Origin: an uncultured Methanosarcinales archaeon
GTDB taxonomy: Archaea > Nanobdellota > Nanobdellia > Woesearchaeales > CAYVYK01
Length of the DNA stretch: 32,284 nucleotides
Reading direction: 5' to 3'
Assembly: GCA_964455675.1 (NCBI GenBank)
Contig: CAYVYK010000001.1
Coordinates: forward strand, 202,463-234,746
Shown: positions 8,019 through 17,425 of the stretch, in pieces
Layout of the letters: every line of letters starts with the position of its first letter
Position numbering within the stretch: position 1 is the stretch's first letter
Translations under genes and position numbers: made by a program
Notes under the pieces: model-generated
The model's input: only the letters and a program-made list of their open reading frames with translations
Databases searched by the model: none
What the model was told of the DNA's origin: nothing

Positions 8019-8836
8019 ATGGTTGCCTCCTTTTGGAGTCGTCCATAAACGACGTTCGCCTTGCGGGCTTGATCTTCGCTGATCTTTGTTTTTGTTAGGC
8101 TTTTGAGTGCGCTGATGCATGCACGGACGAGGTTCGTTCGTGTTGTGGTTTTTCCTCGGACATGGCTCCAAACGTCGTGGATTCCTGCAAGCCTGAGTAT
8201 CTTCTGGCATTCTGGTGCGCAGACAAGACCTTGTCCTTTGGGTGCTGGCATGAACTTGAGCCTGATGCTGCCGCTTGATCCTGTTACTGCAAATGGGATG
8301 CTGTGTGGTTCGGTGCTCCCATCTTCCCAGCTTCCTGTTCCTCGTGCGATTTTGAAGATGTTTTTCTTTGCGTCACGGATTGCTTTTTCGCGTGACGGTA
8401 CGGTTTCCTTTGCTTTTCCGTAGCCAAGGCCGACATAGCCATCCTTGTTGCCGACGATTGCGTAGCATACGAAGTGAGGTTTGTTTCCTTCTGCTGTCTT
8501 TTTCTGAACTTGCTTAAAGACGCGTCGTGATCCGCCGCCGAACTTTCCTTTTGATTGTCCGATGAGGAGGAGGTCGGTCTCCAGGTTTGGTATGAGCGCT
8601 TCCGTGATCTCCGCTTCCATTATTCTGGATCCGCTGTCAAGGATTTGGTCGATATCTGTTATCGCTTTTTCTTTGACAAGCTTTCCAAGTTTCGTACGCG
8701 GGTTCCATGCCTGAAGGTCAAAGCCTTTCACCTCGACCGCATGCTCGAGCTCTTCCTCAGCTACCGGTTTTTCTACGATGATGGCTTCCTTGACTTCGAT
8801 CGTTACCTTTTCTTCGATTTCTTCTTCTTTTGTCAT
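8015..8836 (-). CDS. rps5: 30S ribosomal protein uS5
   Basis: WNPRTKLGKLV, VGNKDGYVGLG, GSWE..PHSIP, PAPKGQGL, LAGIHDVW. ATG 8836 preferred; GTG 8845 possible. Confidence 0.97.
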   Translation of the reverse strand: MTKEEEIEEKVTIEVKEAIIVEKPVAEEELEHAVEVKGFDLQAWNPRTKLGKLVKEKAITDIDQILDSGSRIMEAEITEALIPNLETDLLLIGQSKGKFGGGSRRVFKQVQKKTAEGNKPHFVCYAIVGNKDGYVGLGYGKAKETVPSREKAIRDAKKNIFKIARGTGSWEDGSTEPHSIPFAVTGSSGSIRLKFMPAPKGQGLVCAPECQKILRLAGIHDVWSHVRGKTTTRTNLVRACISALKSLTKTKISEDQARKANVVYGRLQKEATI

Positions 8837-8841
8837 GGTAT

Positions 8842-9390
8842 TCACGCTAGGATTTTTTGTTTGGTTGCCGCGAACTCTTTTTCGATATTGAGGTCTTGCG
8901 CAGTCTTGCTGAACTGGTGGCCCTTTGCTTTTTTCCTGTAGGTATCGATGTGTTTTCCGCTGACTCGCTCATCCGTTGGAAGGATGCTCGTATCGCAGGG
9001 TACTTCGACTCCCGCATCGATGACTCCCTTGAGGCACGCGTAGATGCGTGATCCTTTGACTGATACATAGAGCCCGGTGTCAAGGACGGCCTTCTTGATC
9101 TTTTGTGCCTTGGCTTTTTTTCCAAGGAGCACTCCCGTCAGGTATGCCGCTGGAATGTTGCCTAGTGGCCCTTTCCATCCATGTTTCTTGAGTTCTATCG
9201 CCTGTGTCGTGACGAGGACCTTGTCCCCTGTTGCTTCATATCGCACGATCTGTGCAATGCAGTTCTTTCCTGTTTTTCGAATGACCAGTCTGTCCATGCC
9301 TGATTTGAGCAGAGTGAGTCTTTTTCGATAGTCTGTAAGGCCTGCTCTTTTTCGTCGGTATGGGACTCGGAATCTTTTATTTTCTGCCAT
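8842..9390 (-). CDS. rpl18: 50S ribosomal protein uL18
   Basis: RRKRAGLTDYRKRL, RLVIRKT, GNIPAAYLTG, LDTGL, GVIDAG. ATG 9390 preferred. Confidence 0.97.
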   Translation of the reverse strand: MAENKRFRVPYRRKRAGLTDYRKRLTLLKSGMDRLVIRKTGKNCIAQIVRYEATGDKVLVTTQAIELKKHGWKGPLGNIPAAYLTGVLLGKKAKAQKIKKAVLDTGLYVSVKGSRIYACLKGVIDAGVEVPCDTSILPTDERVSGKHIDTYRKKAKGHQFSKTAQDLNIEKEFAATKQKILA

Positions 9391-9395
9391 GAGTT

Positions 9396-9845
9396 TCACT
9401 TTTTAATGAGTTTGCGTTCCTCAAGGTAGAGCTTGAGGTGTCTGATGTTACGGAAAAACCCTCCCTTGCACTTGGAGTATACACTTCGATAGTCGCTCAT
9501 TGCGATGCGTTGCTTGTCTTTGAGTTGATTGAGGAGTCTTCGCTGGAGCCGTATGCGGTTGATCCATTGCCTTCGTATATCCATGCGAGCGTTGGCTTTT
9601 CCCTTGCGGCTTCCTTCTCCGCGTCGTTTTCCTTTGATCTTCTGGGTGTGGAGCTTCCTTGCGCGTCCTCGTGAGCTTCCTTTGACTTGATTTGCAATGA
9701 TTGCACCGTCCTTCACAAGGCCTCTGATGTCTGACTTAGTGATCGCTTCTTTGATCTCGTCAAGTCTTGTCGTGTCAAAAGTGATCTTTTTGGGTGATCG
9801 TTTCGTTACCTGAGCTGCCATCCTTTTTTGTGCAGTGAGTTCCAT
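9396..9845 (-). CDS. rpl19e: 50S ribosomal protein eL19
   Basis: QKRMAA, AITKSDIRGL, GSRKGKANAR, WINRIR, KGGFFRN. Confidence 0.97.
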   Translation of the reverse strand: MELTAQKRMAAQVTKRSPKKITFDTTRLDEIKEAITKSDIRGLVKDGAIIANQVKGSSRGRARKLHTQKIKGKRRGEGSRKGKANARMDIRRQWINRIRLQRRLLNQLKDKQRIAMSDYRSVYSKCKGGFFRNIRHLKLYLEERKLIKK

Positions 9846-9848
9846 GGT

Positions 9849-10442
9849 TTACACCCGTACGGCGTTCTTGCCTGTGAGGACTTTTTTCTTTTCCTCGTCT
9901 GCTTTATCTTTTTCGCCGTCTTGTTTTTCTTCGTCTTTCTTTTCTACTGGCTTAGCGACTTTATCCGCGAGTTCTTCTTTTTTCTGTTCTTTCTTTGCGG
10001 TTTCCGCTTTCTTGTGTTCCTTGGCCGTTTTTGCCTTTGTGCGTGCTTCTTCTATTTTCTTGACTTGGTCTTGTGCGCTTTTGAAGTTGAGTACAGTGAG
10101 TCCTTTCTCCATGCATGCCTTGAGGATTTCGAGTCGTCGTTTTGTTCCGACCTTTCCGGAAACGAGTACCCCGTCAGTTTTCTTGAGGCCCTCAAGATCC
10201 TTGATCGTGCTGACATAGACCTCGGCAAGTCCCTTGCCGTGAAGTCCTCGTACGAGCGCGGGCGACTTGTATCCGACCGCGACTTCCTTTTGATGTCCTC
10301 TGATGTGCATGCGTATCTTGGACTGAAGTCCTCTTGGCCGTCGCCAGCTTGTTTTCACTCGTTTGAACTTATGGCTGTCTTGGTACCTGAATTTGGGCTT
10401 GCGGCTTTTCATGCGTTTTCGGAGTGAGAGGAGTTTTTCCAT
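9849..10442 (-). CDS. rpl32e: 50S ribosomal protein eL32 with Lys/Glu-rich C-terminal extension
   Basis: KPKFRYQD, WRRPRGLQSK, GYKSP..VRGLH. Alternative start 10451. Confidence 0.95.
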   Translation of the reverse strand: MEKLLSLRKRMKSRKPKFRYQDSHKFKRVKTSWRRPRGLQSKIRMHIRGHQKEVAVGYKSPALVRGLHGKGLAEVYVSTIKDLEGLKKTDGVLVSGKVGTKRRLEILKACMEKGLTVLNFKSAQDQVKKIEEARTKAKTAKEHKKAETAKKEQKKEELADKVAKPVEKKDEEKQDGEKDKADEEKKKVLTGKNAVRV

Positions 10443-10447
10443 GAGTA

Positions 10448-10990
10448 TCATCTGAATTCTGGTTTTTGTATGATGTATATCCCATCTTGGAATATGCGCC
10501 TGTCGCGTCGTGATATGAATGTGAGCTGCTCGATTGCTGCTGCTGTGGTTCCGGTAAGCTCAAGGTTTGGTCCGCTGACGACCACTTCTTGGCCGCTTAC
10601 TTGGACGTCCACGCCCGGTTTGAGCTTGATGGTGCGTGCTACCTTCTCTCCAAGGAAGTTCTTGATGCTAAACTCGTCCTTCGTTGCTTTGACCGTCATG
10701 GGAAAGTGGCCTGAGCATACTTTGAGCTTGTAGGTGTACACGTTTAATACGCCGCGTATCATGTTCTTGATGTGTGCTTCGGTAGTATTGAGTGTGCGTT
10801 TCTCTTTCTTGCTGACCTTGGTCATGGTGAGCACGACCTGCTCCCCCTTGACTTCTGCCTTCATGGTGTTTGGGATGAGTTTTCTCTCAACTGTTCCCTT
10901 GGGTCCTTTGGTCTTCACGATGGCTCCCTCTATGCTGACATGGCATCCTTGGGGGATGGCGATTTTTACTTGCATTTCTGGGAGTTTCAT
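10448..10990 (-). CDS. rpl6: 50S ribosomal protein uL6
   Basis: KGPKG, AHIKNMIRGV, HFPM, NFLGEK, DRRIFQDGIYI. Confidence 0.97.
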   Translation of the reverse strand: MKLPEMQVKIAIPQGCHVSIEGAIVKTKGPKGTVERKLIPNTMKAEVKGEQVVLTMTKVSKKEKRTLNTTEAHIKNMIRGVLNVYTYKLKVCSGHFPMTVKATKDEFSIKNFLGEKVARTIKLKPGVDVQVSGQEVVVSGPNLELTGTTAAAIEQLTFISRRDRRIFQDGIYIIQKPEFR

Positions 10991-10999
10991 GGTAATCAC

Positions 11000-11392
11000 T
11001 TAGTAGCAGTAGGCGAGGAGTCGTCCTCCGATGTTGAGATGCTTTGCTTCCTCGTGGGTCAGTATTCCTTTGTTTGTTGAGAGGAGCAGAACTCCAAGGT
11101 TCTTTGCTGGTAGGTATCTTTTTTCGAATTTTTCGTAGTCTTCAAGTGCCACGGGGAATCGTGGTTTGATGACTCCGCATTTATTGATGGTTCCTTTGAG
11201 GACTACTTGGATATAGTTTCCTTTGCTGTCCGCAACTATCTCATATTTTTCCACATATCCTAGTCCTATGAGCTTGTCAAGGATTCCGACCATGAGTTTG
11301 TTGACTGGTTTGCTTGTGATGTTTTTCTTCCCAACCCGTTCCGCATTGTTGATCATCGAAAACAGGCTTGCGAGGGGATCGTTGAGGCTCAT
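11000..11392 (-). CDS. rps8: 30S ribosomal protein uS8
   Basis: DPLA, INKCGVIKPRF, LSTNKGILTH, GGRLLAYCY. SD GGTGA before ATG 11392. Confidence 0.97.
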   Translation of the reverse strand: MSLNDPLASLFSMINNAERVGKKNITSKPVNKLMVGILDKLIGLGYVEKYEIVADSKGNYIQVVLKGTINKCGVIKPRFPVALEDYEKFEKRYLPAKNLGVLLLSTNKGILTHEEAKHLNIGGRLLAYCY

Positions 11393-11402
11393 GCGTGTCA
11401 CC

Positions 11403-11633
11403 TTAGTTGTACTGTTTGAATCCTATCTTTGTTGCAATTTCTCGGAAGCAGTGTCTGCACAGGTGGAGGTTGTATTTTGATATGTGCGCTCCGTACCTGC
11501 CGCATCGTTGGCATTTCAGGACTCCTTTTCCGTATTTCCTTTCTTTTGGTGTATTGTGCTTGGCAAACTTCTTGACTTTCGTCGGTTTCATCTTGATTTG
11601 CTTAAGGACTTTGCTGTAATGGCTTGTCGTCAT
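11403..11633 (-). CDS. rps14: 30S ribosomal protein uS14 (Zn type, N-terminally extended)
   Basis: CQRCG...LCRHCFRE.A..IGF. Confidence 0.96.
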   Translation of the reverse strand: MTTSHYSKVLKQIKMKPTKVKKFAKHNTPKERKYGKGVLKCQRCGRYGAHISKYNLHLCRHCFREIATKIGFKQYN

Positions 11634-11637
11634 GGTT

Positions 11638-12150
11638 TCACTCTTGCCCTATGCTGATGTTGAATTCTTTTTGGAGGAATGCGATCGCTTCTTCTTTGGT
11701 GATTTGGTGGCTGTGATGGATGCGTTCTTGCTTGATGCGTCGTCTTTTGATTCTGTATCCTGGTTTTTCAAGCGTGACGCTGGCTTCAAGGCCGATGATT
11801 CCTATTTCTGGATCGTACTCCATTCCTTTGATGTCAATGCATTCTGGTATTCCGAATGATACGTTGCCGCCGTCGTCGAATTGATCTGGGCTGAGCTTGT
11901 TGTCTTTTGCATGGAGGAGTCTTGTGAGGAGCTCCTTTGTCTTGTTTCCGCGCACCGTTACCTTGCATCCGATTGGTAGGCCTACGCGAATGCCCCATCC
12001 CGCAATGCGCTTGCGGCTGAGGGTTTTTACGGGTTTATTCCCTGTGATTTGGCCGAGCAGTTTGAGTCCTTTGTCAACCATTTTCTGCTCTTTTCCTGCT
12101 CCGATATTGAGCGTGATTTTCTCGATCCGTATTTGCTCCATGGGATTCAT
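11638..12150 (-). CDS. rpl5: 50S ribosomal protein uL5
   Basis: MNPM..IRIEKITLNIG, IGCKVTVRG, FDDGGNVSFGI, YDPEIGIIG. Confidence 0.98.
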   Translation of the reverse strand: MNPMEQIRIEKITLNIGAGKEQKMVDKGLKLLGQITGNKPVKTLSRKRIAGWGIRVGLPIGCKVTVRGNKTKELLTRLLHAKDNKLSPDQFDDGGNVSFGIPECIDIKGMEYDPEIGIIGLEASVTLEKPGYRIKRRRIKQERIHHSHQITKEEAIAFLQKEFNISIGQE

Positions 12151-12151
12151 G

Positions 12152-12856
12152 TTATGCCTCTGTTACGGTGAGCACGGAGTGCTTTTTTCCAACGACGATT
12201 GCGTAAGGCTTTGCTGTCTCAATTACTTGTCCTGCGGTGTCCTTAAATATAATCTTGTTCTGGCTCACGGACTCAATGGTTCCGGTTTTGCCGGTATGCT
12301 TTCCTTCTATGAGCACGATATGGTTTCCCTTTTCCATTTTGAAGGTTTCTTTGACTTCATTTTTTGGTAGCTCAAGGATGAGGCAATCGCCTGTCGCGTA
12401 TTCCTTTGCCTTTTTCGTATCGATCAGGATGTTTCGTCCATCCCACAGGTTGAGCTGTATTCTTCCCTTCTTGAGGAGTGTCTTGCCTCGAACTTTGCTG
12501 ATGGTAAGATTGGCTTCCTTTGCGGGGATTGGAGTAAGGAGGAGCTTCTTTGTCTTGCTCATGATGAGCCGGTACGCAGTTTTTTGGCTGGGGAATTCCA
12601 GCACATCGAATAGGCCGACCATTTTAAAGCGGTCCTTCTGTTTGACGCCATTGACGAGGACTTCCTTATGGAGCAGGATTGTCCTGATCTCGCGTCTGTC
12701 CTTTGCGATTTTGAGATACTCTCTGAGCAGCACTCCAAGCGCAATACCAAACTTAAAGCTTTGCGAGCCAGGATTTGGTCGCATGATGTACTTGTGTTGT
12801 TTGCGGAGTATGCTCCATGTTCTTGGGGCGTTGAGCCGTATGATGTGACGTTTCAT
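12152..12856 (-). CDS. rps4e: 30S ribosomal protein eS4
   Basis: HIIRLNAPRTW, PNPG, QLNLWDGRN, GKHTGKTG. Confidence 0.96.
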   Translation of the reverse strand: MKRHIIRLNAPRTWSILRKQHKYIMRPNPGSQSFKFGIALGVLLREYLKIAKDRREIRTILLHKEVLVNGVKQKDRFKMVGLFDVLEFPSQKTAYRLIMSKTKKLLLTPIPAKEANLTISKVRGKTLLKKGRIQLNLWDGRNILIDTKKAKEYATGDCLILELPKNEVKETFKMEKGNHIVLIEGKHTGKTGTIESVSQNKIIFKDTAGQVIETAKPYAIVVGKKHSVLTVTEA

Positions 12857-13242
12857 GCTTTCTCACTTTTTTGCGTTCGATTGACGCGTTGTTTGTCTTC
12901 GAGGTTGAGTTCTTGGATGATGAGGTTTGATGGATGGATGCCGACGTTTGCCTTGCGTCCGTCCTTCCTCGTTACTTCGATATCTTTGAGGTATACCCTG
13001 CATGCTCGCAGGTTGACTCGCTCGACCGTTGTGATCTTCCCTTTGTGATTGCCGCGCACGACTTTGACCTTGTCTCCTCTGCGTACCGCAATGCTTCGTC
13101 GTCCGTGCTTCTTTCGAAGGTCCTTTGAGAGCGCTGATCCCATGAATTTTTGCTGGGTGTGGAGTGGAGCGTTGTGTCTGTACTTGCGCTGCTTCCTGCG
13201 CTGCGCGCTTCCGACCCATGCTGTTGAAAATAGTTTTTTCAT
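12853..13242 (-). CDS. rpl24: 50S ribosomal protein uL24
   Basis: RKQRKYRHNAPLH, RRGDKVKVVRG, IHPSNLII. Start ATG 13242. Confidence 0.97.
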   Translation of the reverse strand: MKKLFSTAWVGSAQRRKQRKYRHNAPLHTQQKFMGSALSKDLRKKHGRRSIAVRRGDKVKVVRGNHKGKITTVERVNLRACRVYLKDIEVTRKDGRKANVGIHPSNLIIQELNLEDKQRVNRTQKSEKA

Positions 13243-13247
13243 GGTTC

Positions 13248-13649
13248 TCACACGATGATGCTGGCGATCTTTGCGATTGGTGCCCATCGCTCTGCTACTT
13301 CTTTTGCGATTGCGCCCTTAAAGAGGGTTCCTTTTGGATTTCCTTTTTCGTCTTTGCACACAACTGCCGCGTTGTCTTCAAACTTCACGCGCATGCCATC
13401 CGGCCTTCGGTACTCTTTGCGCTGCCGTACAATGACCGCAAACACGACCTTCTTTCTCATATCTGGTCTTCCCTTTTTGACGGCTGCTGTGATGAGGTCA
13501 GCGACGCGCGCATGTGGCTTTCTTCCCTTGACTGTTTTTTGTGTGTAGATGCTGGTGATTCTGATTATTTTTGCTCCTGAATTGTCGCAGGTGGCAAGTT
13601 CGCTTCCAACTCCAAGCGCCTTTGTTATTCGTGCTTTGACCGCTTTCAT
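13248..13649 (-). CDS. rpl14: 50S ribosomal protein uL14
   Basis: CDNSGAK, VIVRQRKEYRRPDG, FEDNAAV. Confidence 0.98.
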   Translation of the reverse strand: MKAVKARITKALGVGSELATCDNSGAKIIRITSIYTQKTVKGRKPHARVADLITAAVKKGRPDMRKKVVFAVIVRQRKEYRRPDGMRVKFEDNAAVVCKDEKGNPKGTLFKGAIAKEVAERWAPIAKIASIIV

Positions 13650-14101
13650 TGTGCATCCGCCTCTCCTGCTTCTTCCACATCAACTGCTTCCAATTCTTCC
13701 TTCACTTTCTTGCTTCGTTTCTTCTTGCCTTCCATAAGGAGCTCTTGTCGTTGTGCAAAGCCTAGTTCCTTGCCGAGATTTTCGACGATGACAAAGCTTT
13801 TTGTCTTTGAAAGCCGTCTGCACTCTGCTACCCGCACTCGGTCCCCGCGCATCGCGTTGATGCATGGTGGATTGTGAACATGGATCTTTGATTTGCGCTG
13901 TTCTCCGCGTTCATACTTGTGGATATATACCTGCCTGGTGAACTCGAGTGTTGCACTGCGCGAGACTGTTACGTTAGTAAGGACTCCTTCAAAACGTCTG
14001 CCGTGGATTTTGAGTGTTCCATGGAAGGGGCATTTCTTGTCTGTGCATGCCGCCTGTGGCGGCTTCACGTCGAGCCCCGCTGTTTTATGGTGTGTTCTCA
14101 T
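13646..14101 (-). CDS. rps17: 30S ribosomal protein uS17 with charged C-terminal tail
   Basis: CTDKKCPFHG, KYER, HNPPCI, GDRV..AECRRLSKTKSF. Confidence 0.97.
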   Translation of the reverse strand: MRTHHKTAGLDVKPPQAACTDKKCPFHGTLKIHGRRFEGVLTNVTVSRSATLEFTRQVYIHKYERGEQRKSKIHVHNPPCINAMRGDRVRVAECRRLSKTKSFVIVENLGKELGFAQRQELLMEGKKKRSKKVKEELEAVDVEEAGEADAQ

Positions 14102-14343
14102 TTTTTTATCCGCTCTTCAAGTTTTCCTGCAAGTTTTTTTCCGTCAATTGTTTTTCCGTTGATACTGATTGTGACTTGGTCCTTGATGATGGTTTTTTCC
14201 ACCCCATCATGGGCCATGATGATTGTGTTCTTGGTCTCGTTTACTATTGTTCCTTTGACTCCGACGAGCGAGGGATTCGCAGCCCTTTCAATCATGGCTG
14301 TGAGTCCGACGATGTTCGTTGGGTCCTTTTTGGCCTTCGTCAT
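14098..14343 (-). CDS. rnp1: Ribonuclease P protein component 1 (Rpp29/POP4)
   Basis: IVGL...NPSLVGVKGTIVNETKNT...IDGKKL...EERIKK; conserved position between SUI1 and uS17. Confidence 0.93.
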   Translation of the reverse strand: MTKAKKDPTNIVGLTAMIERAANPSLVGVKGTIVNETKNTIIMAHDGVEKTIIKDQVTISINGKTIDGKKLAGKLEERIKK

Positions 14344-14648
14344 CGAACTTCAATTGTATCGGGGCTGAACCCGATTTCCATGAGGGCTTCCCGCATCCTG
14401 GGCTTGTGATTGCCCTGGAGCTCTATTGTGGTTCCTTTGACTGTGCCGCCGCATGCGAACTTGGCTTTGAGTTTCTTGACGACATCCTTGATGTCGATCT
14501 CCTTGGTATCAAAGCCGCTTACGACGGTATACACCTTGCCAAATTTCTTTTTGGCAGTGTCAACCACAATTTTTTGGCTTTCCTTTGCGATCGCTTCGCA
14601 AACGCAAAGTTCCTGTGGGAGCCCGCACGTGGAACATATTCCACTCAT
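14340..14648 (-). CDS. sui1: Translation initiation factor aIF1 (SUI1 family)
   Basis: CSTCGLPQELCVC, LKAKFACGGT, IELQGNH. Confidence 0.96.
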   Translation of the reverse strand: MSGICSTCGLPQELCVCEAIAKESQKIVVDTAKKKFGKVYTVVSGFDTKEIDIKDVVKKLKAKFACGGTVKGTTIELQGNHKPRMREALMEIGFSPDTIEVR

Positions 14649-14848
14649 TGCTTGGTTTCCTCCTCCTTGGATTTGATTATTGTCTGGACGCGTGCGATAG
14701 TCTTGCGCACGTTCTTGACGTGACTGGGGCTTTTTGGGTTTGTACCCGTGGATAGTTGAACAAGTGTTTTGAGGCGTTCTTGTTTTAGTTCATGAAGCTT
14801 CTCCTTGAGCTGTTCTTTGTTCATCTGGCGAAGTTCTTTCGTTTTCAT
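14645..14848 (-). CDS. rpl29: 50S ribosomal protein uL29
   Basis: KELRQM...L.ELK...RKTIARVQT; operon position. Confidence 0.95.
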   Translation of the reverse strand: MKTKELRQMNKEQLKEKLHELKQERLKTLVQLSTGTNPKSPSHVKNVRKTIARVQTIIKSKEEETKQ

Positions 14849-15612
14849 TCCTTTGCCTCTTCTGCAGGAGCCTCTGGTTCTTTGACACTTTCTTTTGCTT
14901 TAGGCTTCGTTTTCCTTGTGGTCTTTTTGGCAGGCGCTCTTTTCGCTTTCTTTGGTTTTTCTACTTCCTTCTGTTTAGTCTCTTCCTGCTCTTTGACGAT
15001 CTTTGTTGTCTCTTCGTCTGTTCTTAGTGTCACTTTGTCTGGCAGCTCGATGTCAGGTGGCATGATGCGTACCTGGACTCCGATTGTTCCGCTTTTGAGT
15101 TGAGCTTCTGAGTATGCTGTGAGTACTTTAGTTTTTGCGACTTCTCCGCATTTCTTGAGGTACCCTCGGTAGAACCGCCATCGCTTTGCGCGCTGGCTTG
15201 GCACTTTTCCACTGATGATAACCTCAACGCCAAGAGCTCCTGCATCCATGACGTCCTGCATGGTTTTATGCCCGATTCCCTTGAATCTGTTTGAGCCGAA
15301 CTGTTCCATGGTTGATGCGATCCTTTCCGCAACGATGCGTGCGTCAAGGCTTGGCCGCTCTATTTCAGCGATTTCTACCTGTGGATTTTCGAATTTGAAC
15401 TTTGTTTTGAGCGTCTTCGTGAGCTTTTTGATATTTTCCCCTTTCTTTCCTACGACAAGTCCCGGCCGGACCGCGTAGATAACGATCTTTTCGCCAAGCG
15501 GCGTTCGCACGAGTTTGGTCTTGCTGTGGCCGACTCGCTTGAGCGTACTGCTAATGAATTCTTCGACCTGATATTCTTTCAGTTTTTCTTGGACAAATTT
15601 TCGTTCGATCAT
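14845..15612 (-). CDS. rps3: 30S ribosomal protein uS3 with Lys-rich C-terminal tail
   Basis: RPGLVVGKKG, GALGVEVIISGK, GYLKKCG, GTIGVQVRIMPP. Confidence 0.98.
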   Translation of the reverse strand: MIERKFVQEKLKEYQVEEFISSTLKRVGHSKTKLVRTPLGEKIVIYAVRPGLVVGKKGENIKKLTKTLKTKFKFENPQVEIAEIERPSLDARIVAERIASTMEQFGSNRFKGIGHKTMQDVMDAGALGVEVIISGKVPSQRAKRWRFYRGYLKKCGEVAKTKVLTAYSEAQLKSGTIGVQVRIMPPDIELPDKVTLRTDEETTKIVKEQEETKQKEVEKPKKAKRAPAKKTTRKTKPKAKESVKEPEAPAEEAKE

Positions 15613-16058
15613 TTCTTATCAGCCTTGCCTTCTTCGACGACGATTTCGACGTGCGTGTATTTCATGTTGCGACGGCCTTGGCGTCCGTAATGTGGGACGT
15701 TTCCTGCTTTCTGTGCCATGGCGTGCCTGATGATGAGGTTTGTTGTGTTGAGTCCCTTGCTGCGCGCATTGTGCTCAACGGAATTGATGAGCTGTAGGAA
15801 TTCTGCGCTTGCCTTGATCGGATACCTTCCAGCAGCGATCTTTCCTGGTTTGTGGCCCATGTCTCGGTTGAATCTGGTGAATGGTATCGCTCGCTTCATC
15901 TTAATGACTTCTTGCAGGAGTGCCTTTGCGCTTGTCACGCTTCGCCCTTTGATGTATTTGGATATCTCAACACTCTGCTTCGTGCTGATCCGAAGGCGTG
16001 TGCCTACCGCGCGTGCCATGTTTTCCTTAAAGTCCTGGAATGCGTAGTGGTAAGGCAT
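15609..16058 (-). CDS. rpl22: 50S ribosomal protein uL22
   Basis: ISTKQSVEI, GRYPIKA, THVEIVV. Confidence 0.97.
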   Translation of the reverse strand: MPYHYAFQDFKENMARAVGTRLRISTKQSVEISKYIKGRSVTSAKALLQEVIKMKRAIPFTRFNRDMGHKPGKIAAGRYPIKASAEFLQLINSVEHNARSKGLNTTNLIIRHAMAQKAGNVPHYGRQGRRNMKYTHVEIVVEEGKADKK

Positions 16059-16439
16059 TTATCTCACCGATAGTGCAGCGCTTGACCGTGTTGCGCCGAT
16101 TCCTGGTGCGCTGTGCTGTACTCTTCCGCGCGTGAGCGCAAATTCGCCAAGGTAGTGGCCGATCATATCTTTCTCGATCATAACCTCAGTGAATGTCTTT
16201 CCATTATGGATCTTGATTCTTTTACCAACCATCTCTGGGAAGATGATCATGTCGCGAAGGTGTGTTTCGATGATATTCTTTTTCTTGATCTTCTTGAGTA
16301 ATATCTTCTGCTGTTCGGGGAGCCCTCGTTTGATGCTCCTTCTTTGTCTTGAGGGTAGGAGTTGTGCAAACTCAATCATGTTGAGTTTTTCGATTTCTTC
16401 CCATGTCTTTCCGCGGTACATGAAATCTTTTTTTACCAT
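16059..16439 (-). CDS. rps19: 30S ribosomal protein uS19
   Basis: YRGK, THLRDMII.PEMVG, MIGHYLGEF, GIGATRSS. Confidence 0.98.
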   Translation of the reverse strand: MVKKDFMYRGKTWEEIEKLNMIEFAQLLPSRQRRSIKRGLPEQQKILLKKIKKKNIIETHLRDMIIFPEMVGKRIKIHNGKTFTEVMIEKDMIGHYLGEFALTRGRVQHSAPGIGATRSSAALSVR

Positions 16440-17152
16440 TACTTCTTCCTCCCTGTTCTGCGCGCTGCGATCATGCCTACTTTTCGTCCTGGAGGTGCGT
16501 TTCTGCTGACCGGTCGTGCTTTGGACTTGCGCAGTGATCTCTTGTTACCGAATGGATGGTCAACTGCGTTTTGTGCATTTCCAGAGACTGATGGATACTT
16601 CTTGTTCTTCGCCTGCATCTTCCACCACATGTGTCCTGCCTTGTAGAGTGGTTTTTCTGTTCTTCCGCCTCCGGCAAGCACCCCGATGATGGCACGGGCG
16701 TTCTCATTGAATGCTTTCTGCTTTTTTGATGGCAATTCGACGATGACTTCTCCATGCATCTTGGTGAGGATTCTTCCGCTCGTTCCTGAGCTTCGGACCA
16801 TCTTTCCTCCATCTCCCGCATGGATTTCGATGTTGTTGATGAGTGTTCCGTCAGGAATGCTCTTGAGCGGCAGAATGTTGCCGATTTTGACCTCGACATT
16901 GTCGCCCATCTCTATCTGGTCGCCAACGCGGACGCCTTCAGGAGCTGGCTGGAGCGTGACTGCTCCGTTGCTGTACTTGATGAGGATGAGTGGTGCGCTG
17001 TGACCCTGGCTGTCAACGATTTCCATAATTTCGCCGACCAGGGTTTCGCTCGTAATTGGGGGCATTCCGACCTTTCCCGCCCACCGGAATGATGGTGCTC
17101 GGTAGGTTGTTGTCCCCCTTCCCCGTGCCTGCTGGATGAGATTCTTTCCCAT
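16439..17152 (-). CDS. rpl2: 50S ribosomal protein uL2
   Basis: MGKNLIQQARG, GDGGKMVRSSG, NAVDHPFG, APPGRKVG.IAARRTG. Confidence 0.98.
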   Translation of the reverse strand: MGKNLIQQARGRGTTTYRAPSFRWAGKVGMPPITSETLVGEIMEIVDSQGHSAPLILIKYSNGAVTLQPAPEGVRVGDQIEMGDNVEVKIGNILPLKSIPDGTLINNIEIHAGDGGKMVRSSGTSGRILTKMHGEVIVELPSKKQKAFNENARAIIGVLAGGGRTEKPLYKAGHMWWKMQAKNKKYPSVSGNAQNAVDHPFGNKRSLRKSKARPVSRNAPPGRKVGMIAARRTGRKK

Positions 17153-17425
17153 TTACATCATTCCTAGGTTCGTGGCAATATCAATCGCCGGTGTTTCTTG
17201 GCTGAAAGTGACGTACGCTCGTTTGTCTCCGTTGATGCTGCGGTACGTGTTGACCTTTGTGACTTTTGCTTTGAATAGTCGCTCGACAGCTTCCTTGATC
17301 TGAGCTTTGTTCGCCCTTTCGTTCACGACAAAGATGAGCTTGTTGTCTGATTCCATGAGCCTGATGGACTTTTCTGTGCTCAAGGGATACAAAACGACGC
17401 CGTAGTCATCTTGGAATTTCTTCAT
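17153..17425 (-). CDS. rpl23: 50S ribosomal protein uL23
   Basis: PLSTEKS, NKLIFVV, IKEAVE.LF, KVNT, KRAYV. Confidence 0.97.
   Translation of the reverse strand: MKKFQDDYGVVLYPLSTEKSIRLMESDNKLIFVVNERANKAQIKEAVERLFKAKVTKVNTYRSINGDKRAYVTFSQETPAIDIATNLGMM

Noticed and set aside
8019..8210. N-terminal extension of uL30 (190-aa ORF); likewise uL24 to 13287 and GatC to 26007
   Set aside because: These overlap upstream genes in another frame; family motifs begin at the downstream ATG.
12853..17425. Run of ATGA stop/start overlaps
   Set aside because: Ordinary translational coupling in archaeal r-protein operons.
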